This document shows, piece by piece, positions 37,190-50,400 of a stretch of DNA of 64,000 bases. The position numbers and the translations under genes were made by a program. The notes beneath the pieces are model-generated. The model saw only the letters and a program-made list of their open reading frames with translations, was not told the origin of the DNA and made no database searches. Numbering within the stretch: position 1 is the stretch's first letter; each line of letters starts with the position of its first letter. The DNA is from Octopus sinensis (Eukaryota), in NCBI RefSeq assembly GCF_006345805.1, contig NC_042997.1, positions 166,718,001-166,782,000 of the forward strand, read 5' to 3'.

Positions 37190-38480
37190 TGGTTTAATGA
37201 CAGTCTGATGAGCTGCACATTCTACAGTGCAGTTGTGTAGCTCAGTTAATATGTTGCATGTTGCATCTTCAGCAGTAGTGATGAGGTCAATAACAATGTG
37301 ATTTATTGCGCCTTCTCAAGCAGTGTTGACTGAGCTTGGCTAGTTTTAACTTCTACATAGGCTTAATTGTTGTATGAGTTACTTTACCTTTTGAACTGCA
37401 GTACCGTCGGTTTCATGACAATATAAACATCAACTCCTTTTGCATTGCAGTAATATCGGCTCCATGAGAATGTGGCTCGTTGCATCTTCTTTACTGCTTT
37501 AGTGTCAGTTTACCGAGAATGTGACCGGTTGCACTTTCAACAATAAAGTCGTGTCGGCTCCATGACATTCTGGCTTGCTGCATCAGCTATCCTACATTTA
37601 TGTCAGTTTAATGAGTATATAATAAGCTGTAAAGGCGGCGAGCTGGCAGAAACGTTAGCACGTCGGACGAAATGCTTAGCGGTATTTCGTCTGTCGTTAC
37701 GTTCTGAGTTCAAATTCCGCCGAGGTCGACTTTGCCTTTCATCCTTTTGGGGTCGGTAAATAAAGTACCGGTTTCGCACTGGGGTCGATATAATCGACTT
37801 AGTCCCTTTGTCTGTCATTGTTTGTCCCCTCTATGTTTAGCCCATTGTGGGTAATAAAGAAATAGGTATTTCGTCTGTCGTTACGTTCTGAGTTCAAATT
37901 CCGCTGAGGTCGACTTTACCTTTCATCCTTTTGGGGTCGATAAATAAAGTACCAGTTATGCACTGGGGTCGATGTAATCGACTTAATCCGTTTGTCTGTC
38001 CTTGTTTGTCCCCTCTATGTTTAGCCCCTTGTGGCCAATAAAGAAATATATATAATAAGCTGCCCTTTCTGCAATACATTAGTGTCAGCTCCATGACGAT
38101 GTGATTAGCTGCACTTTTTGTTGTGCATTAGTGTAATTTTATTGATAGTGTGACTATCTGCATCTTCTGCAATACAGTAGCGCAGGATCTATGACGACGG
38201 GGTTAGCTGCACATTTTGCATGCACAGTAGTATTTACTCGTTTGTTGCACTGTCTATACTGCAATAACTTTACAATCATTTACATTTGTTGCACTTCACT
38301 TGTGCTGGCTTTATAGCTGTTTGGTTTAGTGCACCTTTTGCATTTTAACAATGTCGACTCACTAAGTTTGAGGAAGAAGACATCTTCTGCGCTGCCGTAG
38401 GATTGATGCATTGATAGTGTAGCAAACTGCGCCTTCTGTATCACCGTAGTAAAGGGCCTAGTTCTACTTTCTGCAATGAT
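37190..38480. repeat. Degenerate 49-bp tandem array with partial A/B alternation, interrupted by a SINE-A dimer
   Basis: Unit starts at 37479, 37528, 37577, 37626, then 38059, 38108, 38157, 38206 (exact 49-bp steps). The outer limits are approximate. Confidence 0.8.
37630..38048 (+). mobile_element. SINE-A dimer inside a single 14-bp TSD
   Basis: tatataataagctg at 37616-37629 and 38049-38062; internal junction aaagaaata|ggtatttcgtc at 37864/37865. Confidence 0.9.
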
Positions 38481-38925
38481 TCAGAATTAACTAAAGGACA
38501 GTGAAGTGTTTTGCACCTGCTGAACTGCATGTAGCAGGACAGGTAGTATGTCAATATGCTCGCATCAGTATGTTTATGTTTTTATATCACTTGGGTAGTT
38601 TCTGTGTGTGCATGTGTGTGTGTATGTGTATATGTGTCTGTGTGCGCGTGCGTGTGTCTGACTCAATGGAAAAAATATATATGTACATATATTTGAGTGT
38701 TTGTATGAGTTTATGTGTTTACACACCCATACACACACGTGCACACACTGACAAACACACAAACATACATATACTTTGGCACACACACATATCTTCATAT
38801 GTTTTACTTTGTTAACGAAAGAAAAAGGTCAATTGTTTATTTAAGCTAAATTTCTTTTCGTGAGTTTCACGACGTCATTGTAATCTTCGTTACTCGAGTC
38901 GGAAGTAAAGGAAATACATTAAACA

Positions 38926-38993
<68 letters not shown>

Positions 38994-38996
<3 letters not shown>

Positions 38997-39377
38997 GATG
39001 GAAGCACTCCGTCGGTTCCGACGTGGAGGGTTCCGGTTGATCCGATCAACGGAACAACCTGCTCGTGAAATTAACGTGTAAGTGGCTGAGCACTCCACAG
39101 ACACGTGCACCTTAACGTAGTTCTCGGGGATATTCAGCGTGACACAGAGAGTGACAAGGCCGGCCCTTTGAAATACAGGTACAACAGAAACAGGAAATAA
39201 GAGTGAGAGAAAGTTGTGGTGAAAGAGTACAGCAGGGATCACCACCACCCCCTGCCGGAGCCTTGTGGAGCTTTAGGTGTTTTCGCTCAATAAACACTCA
39301 CAACGCCCGGTCTGGGAATCGAAACCGCAATCCTACGACCGCGAGTCCGCTGCCCTAACCACTGGGCCATTGCGCCT

Positions 39378-39380
<3 letters not shown>
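38994..39380 (-). mobile_element. Full-length SINE family D (tRNA-derived) within (CA)n
   Basis: Minus-strand head with A box TGGCCCAGTGG and B box GTTTCGATTCC; (CA)n on both sides; a tail fragment also occurs at ~57060-57125. Confidence 0.85.
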
Positions 39381-39433
<53 letters not shown>

Positions 39434-41005
39434 TACCTGTTACTTTACAGTTTTTCACTGGCAGAAGTCTTATATCAAGTTAGATAATTTATTGTGGCAT
39501 TAGCAAATGATGTAGAATTTGATGTATTCGGAGAAAGTGATGTGACTGAATTATAAGAGTTCTATAAAGATAGCTTGTCTCTTGACAAGTAAAAAGAGGA
39601 TATAGAAGATTCCCATTCCATTTCTGTTAAGTGACAAGAAATGGCTATAGAAGAAGCAACAACAATTGGTGAGTTGGATTAATCTGCAATCGATGACTTA
39701 GAAATAACATTAATAATAAAAATAAATAAAACATGTGCAGCCCTATAGCTACTGTGGTTAATACATCCAAGTCATTACAATTTTTCTTGAATTGTCATAT
39801 TTTGTGCCTCATCTGTGGGTGATCGGTAGCTATCTTGCTTCTGGTGCCACTACAATCTTTATATTTCTGTGCACCGCACTCAAGGGGGAGCCTTGTAGTG
39901 ACACCAGGTTTTAGACGCATTTTGGGATGTCCATCTGCGCATGTGCAATATTTGGTGTCTTCCGGTAGGCCGCCGGAAGTAATCAGGAGCCGTTAGCCTT
40001 TCCCGCTATTCCAACTCTCTTGGCTCTTGGCGGTTGATGAATTAAGACGTGTCCCGACAAGGCTCCGAGCGAAGGGACGAACCAGACTCCGCGGGCGGTG
40101 AAGACTGTTTTAACCATGGTGATTTAAACCGACTCTGCTGCCTTCCTAACCCTGGCGTTCATGCTACCGATGACCAGCGATGAAGCATCTCCTTCTGTGA
40201 AATAATAAACTATCATTGTTATTTGTTCAGCTATTCGTGTTCTTGCCGTTTTATTCCTTTCTACAAAATTGTAGGGAAATGTGTGAAGCACCCTACAAGT
40301 GCAGATATCACACAGAGATAGATAACACTAACCCAACAAATTATTTGGAAAAATAGGGCCTGACTATATCTGTTAGGTCTACTAGTTTTCGCTGATAACA
40401 GTCACAATCGTGTGATAACATAAATGTTAAAAGAAAAATAAACAAGGAGCACTCAGTTTCTACGCTCATCTCTACAAAGAAATGGCGTCTCGTGAATGTT
40501 AGACAACTTTAGATAAGTTCTTAGTCCCTACTGTAGATAGTGCTGATGTCGATATGCAGGATGGAAGGTAGTACTTCTCTTCCTGTCGTTAATTCCCCTT
40601 GCATCACCTCATATCATATGACTGTTAACATCCTTTATGATGACTACGTCCCCTGCAACAATTTTACACACATTCTTATATATTTCCACTTGTATTTCTC
40701 TTGAAATCTTTTTATGTATATATACTATTCCGAGAGTGCTTAAAATCAGTTATTTTCATACATAAGGTGGTTATTTCAGTTTGTATGGAAAACAGGAGAA
40801 ATAAAACAGATTTCGTGTCCCGTAATTCCGGGTAACGGCAAGATTTTCAGGAACGTGACGCTTTCATAACGCGAGGTGTGTTTGTATAAGGAGAGGGAGA
40901 ACGGGATAAGAGAGTGAGAGTGAGTGAGTGACTGAGTCAGTGTGTGTGTGTGCATGTGTGTATGTGCGCGCGTGTGTGTATGTATGCGCGCGTGCGTGTG
41001 TGTGG

Positions 41006-41075
<70 letters not shown>

Positions 41076-42219
41076 GCGTATGTGTGAGTATGATGTGAGA
41101 AACAAATAGAGAAAGCTAATGTACGAATGTCTTAATGTATGAGAGAGCATGTGTATTTGTATATCTGAATGTCTGTGTGTGTATTAGAGAGTGAATGCGA
41201 TTGTGTGTGTGTGAATATGCGTGCATGTGTGTTTGTGTGTGTGTGTGTACGAGGGAAGACAGACAGAGACAAAGAAAGAGAGCAAGTGTTTGGGATGACG
41301 TGTGAGTAGACACTTGTAAAGTTTTGAATAGAAGCTTGTCAGATCTAATGGGATACATTTGTCTACAAGCGTGCATATTATTATTATTTTTTGGTGTGTG
41401 TGTGTATTTATGTGTGCATACTATTCAGTATGTTGGACTTTTACTAGAGCTAATTCGCAGTAGTTAGAACTCAAGATCATTCCCTCTACTATTTTGAAAA
41501 TATGTTTTGGCATTTGTTATATTTTAATAGTATTTTCATGGTTGTTGCAATGATTAGATAAATAACAAAAAAAAAAAAAAAAAACTAACGTAATAGACAA
41601 TGTAACTCGGTGATTGTTGTTTAGCCCCAAGTTAGCCTTTATCCAGCCGACCTATAATGGTTTCCAATTTTGTCACAAGGTAAACTGCTCTGGGTAAATG
41701 GGTACGTTGATTACATTGACCCCGAAAGGATGAAAGGCAAAGACGAACAAAATGCCGCTAAGCATTTCGCCCGGCGTGTTAACGATTCTACCAGCTTGCC
41801 GCCTATAATAAAAAGCTTTAAGGTGAGATTGCCTCATCTTTTTTATACCAAAGATCAAATTAAATGCTTTCTTTCTTTAAGATGGTAGCGCATGATTTAA
41901 GGGAAATTTGGCTGCTATTCTTAGCTGGTTGAATAAATGCGCAGAGCTGGAGTGAGAAATACCTTTCCCGCATTCAAATTTAAAACCATACGTTAATTTA
42001 TAGTAGTTAGACCTAAAATTATTTCCTCTATTATTTTACAACGAAGTTTTGGCATTTCATTATCTGCTGATTAATAAAGGATAATAAAAAGCTAATGTAT
42101 CAACCAGTGCAGCTCGGTGGCTACTGCTGTTGCAGTTTAGTTCCAAATCAACCCTCCTCAGAAGCTACTCGTCCATTGATAAAGTTTCCAACCTCCCCCA
42201 CTCTCTTTCTTTCTTTCTT

Positions 42220-42253
<34 letters not shown>

Positions 42254-43073
42254 TCACACATACACACACACGCACATATATATATAAAAGAGTTTAAACC
42301 TTAAAAACCAAAGTAAAATTATATATCATTGAATTACAAAATTAAACTTATAAATTGGCTGAGTCGTTAGGGAGTCGGGTAGAATGCCTTCTGGTATTTC
42401 TCAATTCCCTGCATTCTGAGTTCAAATCCTACCGAGGCCAACTTTGCCTTTCCTCCTTTCGGGATTGATAAAAACAAGGTACCAATCCGAGGCAGTAATT
42501 TGGCAGAACTGTTGGTGTAAGCCAGTGGGTGTTTTGAGGTATTTGCCCTGACTCTTTGTGCAATGACAACAAACTGGGACCGCAGTGTATTGGGATTTCT
42601 TTTTCCTTGGGGATGCTTACATATATGAACAGGTTTTTTTCTCTCACACATAGACTAATCCTTGCACAGGGCTATACCTTGAAGAGGAATATTTTAAGTG
42701 CAGAAACTCGTGACTAGCCATTACTAAAGAAGGCCCTAGAGATTATATTCTCATTGTAGACCTCCAGTGAGCTATAAATAAATAAGGTCCGGTCTCAGAA
42801 AGTAAACTAACGCTGATAATGTCCCTTCAGAATGAAACTAGTCTTTTATATCTAGTTTAACTATTATTATGAAGTTAGTTTCACTTTCACATGGTTTCAT
42901 TTTCTATCCTATCGACCGGCACCACGAGCAAGGGTCTTCTACATAACCTCAGTTCAATATAAACCTTGTGAGTGAAAATGGGTAGACTACAAACGTATGA
43001 AAGCTCATTGGTTCCGATCTTTAGCCCTTTCTTGTAGCTTCTCACAACTTTCAATACCAACTTGGTCGCCATC

Positions 43074-43148
<75 letters not shown>

Positions 43149-43154
43149 AACACA

Positions 43155-44160
43155 CACAAAACTTAGAGGCGGAATGGTACATCCTGTCATAACCCCTAGC
43201 TCCAGCGCCTGCCATTTGTTAGTGAATTTCATGATGGCAAATCGTATGAATGCCGATCCTGGGTAGCGCGTTTTTTCATACATCCGGGAACGCAAAACAT
43301 TTTGCGTGTCAGTCCGCTTGTAATTGTCTAGTGAAACCAGAGATTTGGAGGTCTTTTCTTGTCACATGTTGAACAAATTTCTATATCACATGGGCGCGCT
43401 CAAAGCAGTGTGGAATTCCTGAAACAACGGCTTTCTGAACTGATGCGTGTATAAGACCGTTCATTGCTACAAACCTCGACACCCTTCTAGTAAGCACTCT
43501 ACAAAATACCTTACACTCAATATCAAAGTGGATTTTTTTAACGGAATTTGCCAATTGATGGTGATTTCTCTTTAGGACATTGCGACTTTCTGCCAAGCTT
43601 CAGTCCTGTATTACAGTCCTTTGTTTATATGCTCACTGCATTAAACTCGCTAAAACCATGAGGAGGCCAGAACATTGTTTTAAAGCTTGTATAAAATACC
43701 GTTGTTACCTAGGACACTTCTAGATCTTGCCTTCTTTACAAACATATCTTCTTCCTTTATGCTATGTGACTCGAAAGGTCGGATTGGATATAAAGCCCAT
43801 AAGAAGTAACTGACTATTGTTTGGGAGCACGGGGATATCTTGATAGGAGTCTGAAGTCAGATTGTGTAAAGGACTCTTAATGTTCTGTGCCTGAACTTTT
43901 TTGGTCAAGAATGTTTTCGTGAATTGGAGAGGTTACGTAAGATTTTCATTTTCCGCTCATTTACTGTGGGTGCTCTCCGTTCTTGATATTCATAAAAATC
44001 TCCTCTTTTTAAACCTCAAGCTTGCTTTACATTGAGTCTGCACTGAGACTGTGGCAGTTGACTGAAGTTATCCTCTTAAAGGAGACCATTTACGTCCCTC
44101 ACATGACTAAAGTTCATAACACCAAATCCTCGAGAAGTTTTATGGCCTGTATCTGAAAAA
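43155..44160 (-). mobile_element. HERO/NeSL-like (RLE-class) non-LTR RT fragment
   Basis: FVKKARSRSVLGNNGILYK; DIECKVFCRVLTRRV...IHASVQKAVVSGIPHCFE; KWQALELGVMTGCTI resemble HERO-type RT motifs. Confidence 0.65.
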
Positions 44161-44377
44161 TATAGCCTACATCCTGTAGAAAAAAAAATAACCCACGTCA
44201 GTCAAGTGGGTGGCATTTACTTCCTTTTCAACTATAGCAACACTGCCGTCTGAAATCCAGAAGATGCCTTTGTGTGCTTTTGCCAGCTTGCAATATCACC
44301 AGCACCAAGCAGCAGCAGCAGCAGCACTGCCGCCGCCACCACCACCACTACCACCACCATCACTACTACTACTACTA

Positions 44378-44416
<39 letters not shown>

Positions 44417-45629
44417 TACTACTACTATATGATTCAAGCCATGTTTATACTATGGAAAGCCGACATCTGCAAGTCACATTTAACATTTTATTCATTCCCG
44501 GTTAGTTGTTGTACCAAAAATAGCCCAAACTAACGGACTACGAAGACGTTTTCTTTTTAATAGTCCCAGTGACTGTCCTGCCTTCGCTTCGCCATTAAAA
44601 CAACTACCCACACACAAATACATACGTAAGAGTTCATAGCATAATTATTGAGCTTATATAATGCCGCGGTAAACTGAAATAAAGTTACAGAATTAAAAAA
44701 AAAACACTAAAAAGGTTACAATTTTGGAGAGGAAAACAGTCACAGGAAAAAAGTTCCGTTCCACCTTGCTATTTACATAAATAGCATAAATAATAGTAAA
44801 AAATTATTAAATAAATATTTTCAGTCACTTATTCAATACATGACTTACACACAATGGCAACAGAATAATGGCGTTACATATATGTGAAAAAACCCCACAT
44901 TTTTATTTTTAAATTAAAACAATGAAATTAGAAAAACCCATTGAAGCATTCATTCTTTGAAGTTTTCCTGTGACTTCTTTTTTATTGGTTTTCATGCTGT
45001 TGTGCAGGATGTGCTGTACAGGATGTGCTGTACAGGTTGTGTCTATTCTACTTGAACAGGCCGCGAGGGAGCTTCTACGCCTCAGGTACTCAACAATAGT
45101 TTCTAATTCATATATGTAAATGACTTTTTCTTTGATTCGTATATAAAAAAAAAATTAACGTCCGAAGGCTTGGAATATCTTGTAGCCACTTTTGTATCTT
45201 TGTTATTACCCGACTCTTAGGTAGTATTGTTCGTTGCACACAACACTCTTGTTTTTCGTTGTACTAAGCACTCTTGTTAGCACTCATATTTTTCGTTCGG
45301 ACGGACTTTAGTGCGATTTTTAAACCCCAAGAAGTCTTCTCCTCTAGCTGGTTAACACTGCACAGCTGCATCCGATATGTGAGCAAGAGAATTGAACCCC
45401 TATCACATTCTAGCGACGGGACCAACACACAGCAATTCGAACAACTAACATTACAGCAACTTACGGGTTCGGTGCGTGTTTTCTATTCGCACTAAAACAC
45501 TGAGTTCGGTGCGAGTTCAACGCGGAATTAACACGCCAACCTCTGTCTCAGCCCATACGCTACTCTTTATAAGAGTTCGGCTAGTCCATTCTTCCAATCC
45601 CCCAAGGGTGTCAATGACTCTTGCCACAA

Positions 45630-46150
45630 CAAGAACAATTAAACAAAAGATTCAATAGCTACAGATATGACATCAGGCACAATAACAGTAGTTCGACAAA
45701 ACTTACCGAACGTTTTGCATCAAATGACTGCAATTTTAAAAAAGGCTTGAAAGTGCATAATCTCAGAAAATATTCTGAATCTGCAACACTTTCAGTACTC
45801 AAAATGCATGAGGAGAAATATGCATGAGGAGAAGAATGAATAAAATGACAGGAGAATTTCATCATATTTACATAAAAATGTTTAATCAATTATTCTTCTT
45901 CTTTTACTTTTTCGCTTTACTTTCCTTTTCTTTTCCCTCCCTTTTTTCTTTCTTTTTCTTTTTGTCAGTTGTAAACTTGAAAATTGAAGACTGATGATGT
46001 CATCCCATCAACGTGGGGTCGCCGGTTGTTCTCGTTCATATTTTGGATTTGAATTTCTATCATTTTGAATTTTTAATACTTTTCATTTTGACCTCGACAA
46101 AGACACACTAGCTGTCGAAATATCATTCAACCAATAAAATATCTATTGCA
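45630..46150 (+). mobile_element. Penelope-like GIY-YIG 3' remnant
   Basis: EQLNKRFNSYRYDIRHN...KLTERF...NFKKGLKV resembles the PLE pattern L..RF..HRYDI...L..HF; very degenerate hammerhead-like remnant near 46090. Confidence 0.5.
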
Positions 46151-46219
46151 ATCGCATCGCACTCTTCATACTAAGTAATGATAATAGTGATGATGATGAT
46201 GATGATGATAATAATAATA

Positions 46220-46251
<32 letters not shown>

Positions 46252-46419
46252 TAATAATAATAATAATAATAATTGCACTACTAGGCACTGCACACATCCT
46301 ACGCAGAACACTTTCCATACAATAACCATCAGAGCATCACAACAAATCACAGCACATACCCAAGGCACACAGAGCTGCGCTCGGTAGTGAAGTAAAAGCA
46401 CGCTATAAAATTAAAACTA

Positions 46420-46454
<35 letters not shown>

Positions 46455-46483
46455 TAGTAATAATAATAATGATGATGATGATA

Positions 46484-46556
<73 letters not shown>

Positions 46557-46564
46557 TAATAATA

Positions 46565-46995
46565 AGGAGTAGGGAGTATTGAGAGCAAAGGAAAAAGGGA
46601 AAACAATGAAAGAAGTACAAACAGGACATGAAGAAGAATTACGCAAGAAGAGACTACACAATCAATTCCAAGTAGCTACAACAGAAGTTGCTGGAAAAAA
46701 TAGGCGCGATTGGCTGATGAAAGGAACCCTAAAAAGAGAGACCAAGAGCACTATACTAGCAGCGCAGGACCAAGCCCTGGCCGCGAACGGGAAGGTCAAC
46801 CTTAGGAATGAGCAAGTATCTCCGCTGTGCCGCATCTGTAACAGAGTGTATGAAACTATTACAAAAGGTTTGCCCCCTTGGCACGGCCAGAATAATCAGA
46901 AGAGTATTAGATACCTGAAAAGAATGGATAGCATGGTACCATAGGCTGGAGGTAGTTAGCCTGCTACGCATACAAGACTCCAGGTGCTCTTATAA
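46565..46995 (+). mobile_element. R4/Dong-like fragment, 5'-truncated and internally deleted
   Basis: KKRLHNQF...WLMKGTLKRETKSTILAAQDQAL...LCRIC, then a jump to LGTARIIRRVLDT*; preceded by (AAT)n. Confidence 0.8.
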
Positions 46996-47149
46996 AGCCT
47001 GTGATAAAGAGAAAATAGTTCTATGTTTAAGAGATGAGGAATTATGTACATTATTTACATTATTTACATTTGGCGGATATTTGTCCTCATCTTGCTTGTT
47101 GTTAACACAACGTTTAGGCTGATACACCCTCCAGCCTTCATCATAATCA

Positions 47150-47370
47150 TCCTTTCTACTATAGACACAAGGCCTAAAATTTGAGGTGAGGGGCCTAGTC
47201 GATTACAACGATCCCAGTGTTTCAATGGTACTTAATTTATCGACCCTGAAAAGATGAAAGGCAAAGTCGATCTCGGCGGAATTTGAAATCAGAACGTGGT
47301 GACGTACGACGGGCGAAATACCGCTAAGCATTTTGTCCAGCATGCTAACGATTCTATCAGCAAGCCGACT

Positions 47371-47372
<2 letters not shown>
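47150..47372 (-). mobile_element. SINE-A short-tail copy
   Basis: Body and head match family A on the reverse strand. Confidence 0.8.
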
Positions 47373-47460
<88 letters not shown>

Positions 47461-50400
47461 TTTTTTTTCTTCTTTCAAATATGCTTCCATTTCTTGCCGA
47501 GTGTCTTCCCGACTCCTAGGGCAAAGCAACTCATAGTATACATTGGTAGGCCATTAGACCAAACTCAATAGTTCGTTCATTTTGTTTTTTTTTAAGTTAA
47601 ATTAAAATACATGAGCAGCAACAGTTCTCACATCGACAATGCACTTCTCAATACGTGTGATGTACTAGTTAAGACAATCTTTTGCACTTCTTGCAGGGAT
47701 GGTAAGCCAGGGATCATTCTCATATAATTTTCGGTTCCCTTCTTGATCATTCCTAGTGCTCCTACGATCACTGGTATTGTAACCGCCTTGAGATGCCACA
47801 TTTTCTCAATTTCAATGAGTAGGTCTTTATATTTTCTGAGCTTGTCAAACTCTTTCGCTGAGATATTATGATCACAGGGGATACTCATGTCGATCAACAA
47901 GCAAACTTTATTGTTTTGGTCTTTCACAACAATATCTGGTTTATTGGCCTTGATGGTTCGGTCTGTATGTACTGGAAAGTCCCACAGAATCGTTACATTT
48001 TCTCCTTCAGTTACAGCCTCAGGGTGGTGATTATACCACTTGTCGGCAGTTTTGATATTGTAATGCCGACTTATTAGCCAGTGTAGATATTGGCCAACTC
48101 TGTCATGTCTTAATTTATACTCCACTGGTGCTAAGACTTTACATCCAGAGATTAGGTGGTCCACTGTTTCAATCATATCGTTGCAGAATCGGCATTTTGG
48201 GTCTGCTCCATTTTTCATCACATTGGCCTGGTAGTTCCGGGTTAATAGGCTTTGATCTTGAGCAGCCAGGATGATAACTTCGCTCTCTGCTTTTAGCCCT
48301 GAGCTCCGTAGCCACTGATGGGTTTGCTTCTGGTCAACATCAGCTTGTTTGCTGCGGGCCACATATTTGCCGTGCAGAGGTTTCTCCTCCCACCTATCAG
48401 CGAATTGCTCGTGCGCTTTTTTCGTTGCCATTATTTTCACCTTCTTTGCAACAATAGTTGCCGTACTTCCCTCGGGTTTTCTGTTTGGGTATCCTGCACG
48501 AGATCAATAGCAAATTTTTTGCTTTCCTTTATGATAGAATGAAGCTTCTTTCGTCTCTCGTGATTTTCCACGAGCTTTAGCATCCAGTCATTCGTTATTT
48601 CGAGATATTTGGCTAGTACAATTGTGGTTGTTTTGTAAGCTAGTTCAAATTGGATCAGGCCTCGACCTCCTTGGGCTCTGGGAAGGTAAAGGCGATCTAC
48701 GTCTGCCTTTGGGTGGTGCATCCTATTACAACTCAGCAGCTTGCGTATTTTCCTATCTATATTCTTTACTTCACTCATATTCCAGTTCAACATATTGTAG
48801 CTATAAGTTAACAACTGGAACTGCTAAGGAATTTATAGCTAACACCTTGTTACGTGCATTTAGTTCAGATTTCAGGACTGCACGAACTCTCCTATAACAT
48901 TCCTTCCTGATCTTCTCTTTCATGCTTGCATGCTGAATACCAGAGCCTTCATTTATCCCTAAATATTTGTATGTTTGTTCTTGCTCAAGCTCTCTTATGA
49001 TGTGTCAACATCTAACACGACTGAATTTGTGGTCTTCATTTTCCCTTTCTGGAAAGTGGCCTTGGCACACTTCTCAAGTCCAAACTCCATCCCGATGTCA
49101 TCGCTGAATGCTTTCACAGTGCGCAATAGGCCTTCAAGTTCATTATTGTCTTTACCATAGAGTTTTAAGTCATCCATATAAAATAGATGGCTTATTTTTT
49201 TATTGGCAATTTTATACCCATACCCTGTTCTGTTTAATTCACTTGTAAGGGGTATTAGGGCTATGCAGAATATTAAAGGTGAAAGTGAGTCACATTGAAA
49301 AATTCCACAGTTGATGTTTATATTTTCTGAGGCAAGTACTCCATTAGAGTGGTATAATTGGAGATTCGTATTCCACAACGACATATTGTGCTTCAGGAAG
49401 TTTGAAATCACAGGGGAAATTTTGAATATGTCCAACGATCTCAAGATCCATGGATGCGGTATACTGTCGAAGGCCTTTTTATAGTCAATCCATGCGGAGC
49501 TGAGATTTCTGCGCTTGTTGTGACAGTTCTCAAGGATCATACGATTAATTAGCAGTTGATCTTTGCATCCGTAAGAGCCTCGGCGGCACCCTTTTTGTTC
49601 AATGGGGAAAAATCGTTCTTCTCCATGAATGCATATGTTTTCTCCGCCAGGATAGATGTTAGGATTTTATACGTGGTGGATAGACAGGTTATAGGCCGGT
49701 TATAGGTTGGTTTCGTTATTCTTTGGGAGTAGGTAAGTAATACCACTTGCTAACCATTCAGGTGTTTTCTTTGGGTCTCTCATAATTTCATTGAGCAGCT
49801 GAACTAGCTTACCATGTGCGCATGGGAGCGATGCGAGCCAGAAATTCGGCATCTTTTCTTTACTGGGGGATTTCCAATTATGGGCCTTCGTGAGTGCCTT
49901 TCTTAGGTCTGCTATTGTGATGTCTTCCCATGCTTGTTGTAAATTTTGGTAGGATCCTTCAGTTTGTATAATCCAGTCTGCATTTATGTTGTACGTCTTC
50001 TTGTCACTCCAAATCCTTTTCTAAAAGTTTTGAATTTCTTCCATGGGAGGGGGGTCTTTAACGGTTACTTTCTCGTTCCCTATTTCTCTGTAGAATTTTT
50101 TGGCATTGGATGTGAACAGCTTATTTTGCTTGTAAAACTTGTTTCTCTTCTCAAATCTTCGTATTCTTTGGGCTTTTGCTTGGACTTTTTGTTTCAGCGT
50201 TTCTTTTATTGATATCAGTTCTTCTCTTGGTGAGGATCCAAATTTTCTCTTCATCTTTCTTCCTGTTCTGGATCTTACATCATTTCCACATATTAGTTCA
50301 TTTAATATTGATATTTCCCCTCTCATAATTCAATCTCTTTTTCAATTTTACTTCTCCAGGTTTGATTTCTTCCCAGGTTTGGTTTTCTTTGTTTTTTCGG

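Noticed and set aside
37190-38480. CRISPR-like interpretation of the regularly spaced repeats
   Set aside because: Eukaryotic context, no cas genes, and the units are degenerate along their whole length rather than identical repeats with unique spacers.
39310-39380. Functional tRNA gene
   Set aside because: The A/B boxes belong to a SINE head that continues into a ~390-bp repeat; no complete cloverleaf.
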